A stretch of 64,000 bases of DNA from Haliotis cracherodii (lineage: Eukaryota). The position numbers were made by a program, and so were the translations under genes. The notes below the pieces were generated by a model. That model saw nothing but the letters and a program-made list of their open reading frames with translations, had not been told where the DNA came from and did no database searches. The DNA lies in NCBI RefSeq assembly GCF_022045235.1, contig NW_027266286.1:20336001-20400000 (forward strand), read 5' to 3'. This document shows positions 61,735 to 64,000 of this stretch, piece after piece (positions within the stretch are counted from its first letter, which is position 1; every line of letters starts with the position of its first letter).

Positions 61735-62400
61735 ATGCAATAAGGCTATTATGGACACATGAGTAAGGATGCAATAAGGCTATTAGGGACACATGAGTAA
61801 GGATGCAATAAGGCTATTAGGGACACATGAGTAAGGATGCAATAAGGCTATTAGGGACACATGAGTAAGGATGCAATAAGGCTATTAGGGACATATGAGT
61901 AAGGATGCAATAAGGCTATTAGGGACACATGAGTAAGGATGCAATAAGGCTATTAGGGACACATGAGTAAGGATGCAATAAGGCTATTAGGGACATATGA
62001 GTAAGGATGCAATAAGGCTATTAGGGACACATGAGTAAGGATGCAATAAGGCTATTAGGGACACATGAGTAAGGATGCAATAAGGCTATTAGGGACACAT
62101 GAGTAAGGATGCAATAAGGCTATTAGGGACACATGAGTAAGGATGCAATAAGGCTATTAGGGACATATGAGTAAGGATGCAATAAGGCTATTAGGGACAC
62201 ATGAGTAAGGATGCAATAAGGCTATTAGGGACACATGAGTAAGGATGCAATAAGGCTATTAGGGACACATGAGTAAGGATGCAATAAGGCTATTAGGGAC
62301 ACATGAGTAAGGATGCAATAAGGTTATTAGGGACACATGAGTAAGGATGCAACAAGGCCATTAGGGACACATGAGAAAGGATGCATTTGGGGTATAAGGG
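61735..62400. repeat. 34-nt minisatellite, about 19 copies, with degenerate flanks (61600-62580)
   Basis: Unit ggacacatgagtaaggatgcaataaggctattag. Confidence 0.95.
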
Positions 62401-63423
62401 ACATATGAGGAAGGGTGCAGTAAGGGTATGGGTATGCACATCTGAGTAAACGGACACCTGGATAACTGTGCATAAGAGTATAGACACCTAGCCCCAGCAA
62501 TAAAGGTATCAGGGACACCTGGGTAAGGGAGCATTAATGATTAGGACACCTGGGTTAGGGTGTATTAAAAGGTATGGAACGTGTGAGGCTTGACACTTAT
62601 TGTAGGGTTGAAACATGAGCACTAAATGGGAAGAGCAGTCGACTTGGTTAAGGTCTTACATTAGTAGGCATCAAGATATTGCCAGTAAGGTCAGACCTTG
62701 TGACTGGATGACCTTTCTGATGAAAATCAAGGCCTTTCTTTGAAGTCCCTTGGCCAAGTATAGAATGGAACACTGGTATGATGGGAGGGGGATGATGGGA
62801 GGGGGATGATGGGATGATGGGAGGGGGAGATGGGAAGAGTGAAAAGGTAATATAGAAAACAACATTAAAATAAGAGTATAAAAATGATACATTCAAACAA
62901 AATATGCCGATAACAAACTTTGAACACTTCAGAAGTTCATAAGAACTTGCAAGGTTGACAGGTACTCTCCAGTGCACTCTACCTGGCTGGCAAGAAGTGC
63001 ATTAACATCAGGTGGGAAACAGCTGGTCAAATTATCCAAGAACACTAATTCTGGTCAGTCGGGTTTCAAATGGCATCTTTGACCCATTGACAACACGGTT
63101 ACATTCAGACATACCAAGTGGAAAAAAATCTGATAATTTCATATTTCCGTTTGTTCAAGGAATTTTTAAATATTACTCAAAATATATCATTGTGAAACCT
63201 GAAACAAGATTCACATGATCCTGACAAGTCTTTCGTCATAGTGTAAAGAATTGTGAACTAAACTTTTCATACTAACACCTTCACCAATCACTGACGCTGA
63301 ACTATACAGACAAATATCTCAATGAGTTTACTCCCGTGTTAAACCATATATGTAATACCTAACCAGCATGATATTCTTCATAACATCCTCTAACACTGCT
63401 ATTGGTCTTCACTTGACAACTGT

Positions 63424-64000
63424 CTACTTGTGCTGTCTTTTTGTCGAGGGCAAACCCAACTGAAGGTTGCACAAATTGCACCTGGTATTCTTTGGAATGC
63501 CCATAATTGAGCTATGTCCTTGCCCAAATGTTTCGACATTTTCAAAATACGCATCATTCCTATGTCTGTCTAACAGCCACCCAATGTCCACATTTTCTGT
63601 GTAAAACACTTCAATATTCAAGCAAACCGAGCATGTGCATGTGAATACCTGCCAACCATACACTGAGTTTTCTTTATACAGGAAGGGGTTGTTGAAAGGA
63701 TTAAGCTGACGCAAGCATGTCTGACAAAACACATCTGCATCTGAACCCTTCCTTGTCATCACTAGTGTGACATAATGAGGACCTCTACTACTGGTGCAGT
63801 AGAAGTCTGTGAAATACAAGCAAGTGTCCATATCGAACAGTACGTCAGCAGGAACGTACAAACGCTTGTCACCAAAGCAGGAAGTTGAAGGTACTTTCCC
63901 TGTCGAAAATTGGACCGATGCACTGAAAAACAAACCATTGAGTTTCCCGTTGATGGGCGATCCCTGGTCTCCATTGTGGTCCTTCAGGTAGGGCTTCATG
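63424..64000 (-). CDS. PHYHIP-like copy 3 (PHYHIP_C domain, 5' end beyond window)
   Basis: MKPYLKDHNGDQGSPINGKLNGLFFS, LYFTDFYC, HYVTLV, EVFYTE, CNLCNL. Confidence 0.93.
   Translation of the reverse strand, partial: MKPYLKDHNGDQGSPINGKLNGLFFSASVQFSTGKVPSTSCFGDKRLYVPADVLFDMDTCLYFTDFYCTSSRGPHYVTLVMTRKGSDADVFCQTCLRQLNPFNNPFLYKENSVYGWQVFTCTCSVCLNIEVFYTENVDIGWLLDRHRNDAYFENVETFGQGHSSIMGIPKNTRCNLCNLQLGLPSTKRQHK

Overview
Eukaryotic, intron-rich, repeat-dense DNA. It is most likely from a mollusc, probably a gastropod such as abalone; this is inferred from the SINE repertoire and not proven. Five genes can be reconstructed by hand. (1) STK40 pseudokinase, + strand, 8 coding exons at 3788-35928, 462 aa. 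(2) A PHYHIP/PHYHIPL-family gene nested antisense inside the 21.6-kb first coding intron of STK40 (9596-15113, about 436 aa); its putative start-codon exon lies in a recent ~2.5-kb segmental triplication. (3) A four-exon, 118-aa secreted and probably GPI-anchored six-cysteine protein on the - strand (38968-45882). The ORF track does not show it as a gene, and its Cys spacing matches the RGM N-terminal (BMP-binding) or neuritin-type helical domain. (4, 5) Two more divergent PHYHIP C-terminal-domain genes, tail-to-tail (59314-60096 +, and 63424->64000 -). The PHYHIP domains show an R...S...E motif order reminiscent of ADP-ribosyltransferases (hypothesis). Most STK40 exons are abutted by unrelated minisatellites, and one array duplicates the terminal-exon splice acceptor about 10 times. 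The rest of the window holds four SINE families (many copies with TSDs), several MITEs, a deleted pogo/Tigger element, decayed LINEs and a 138-nt assembly gap.
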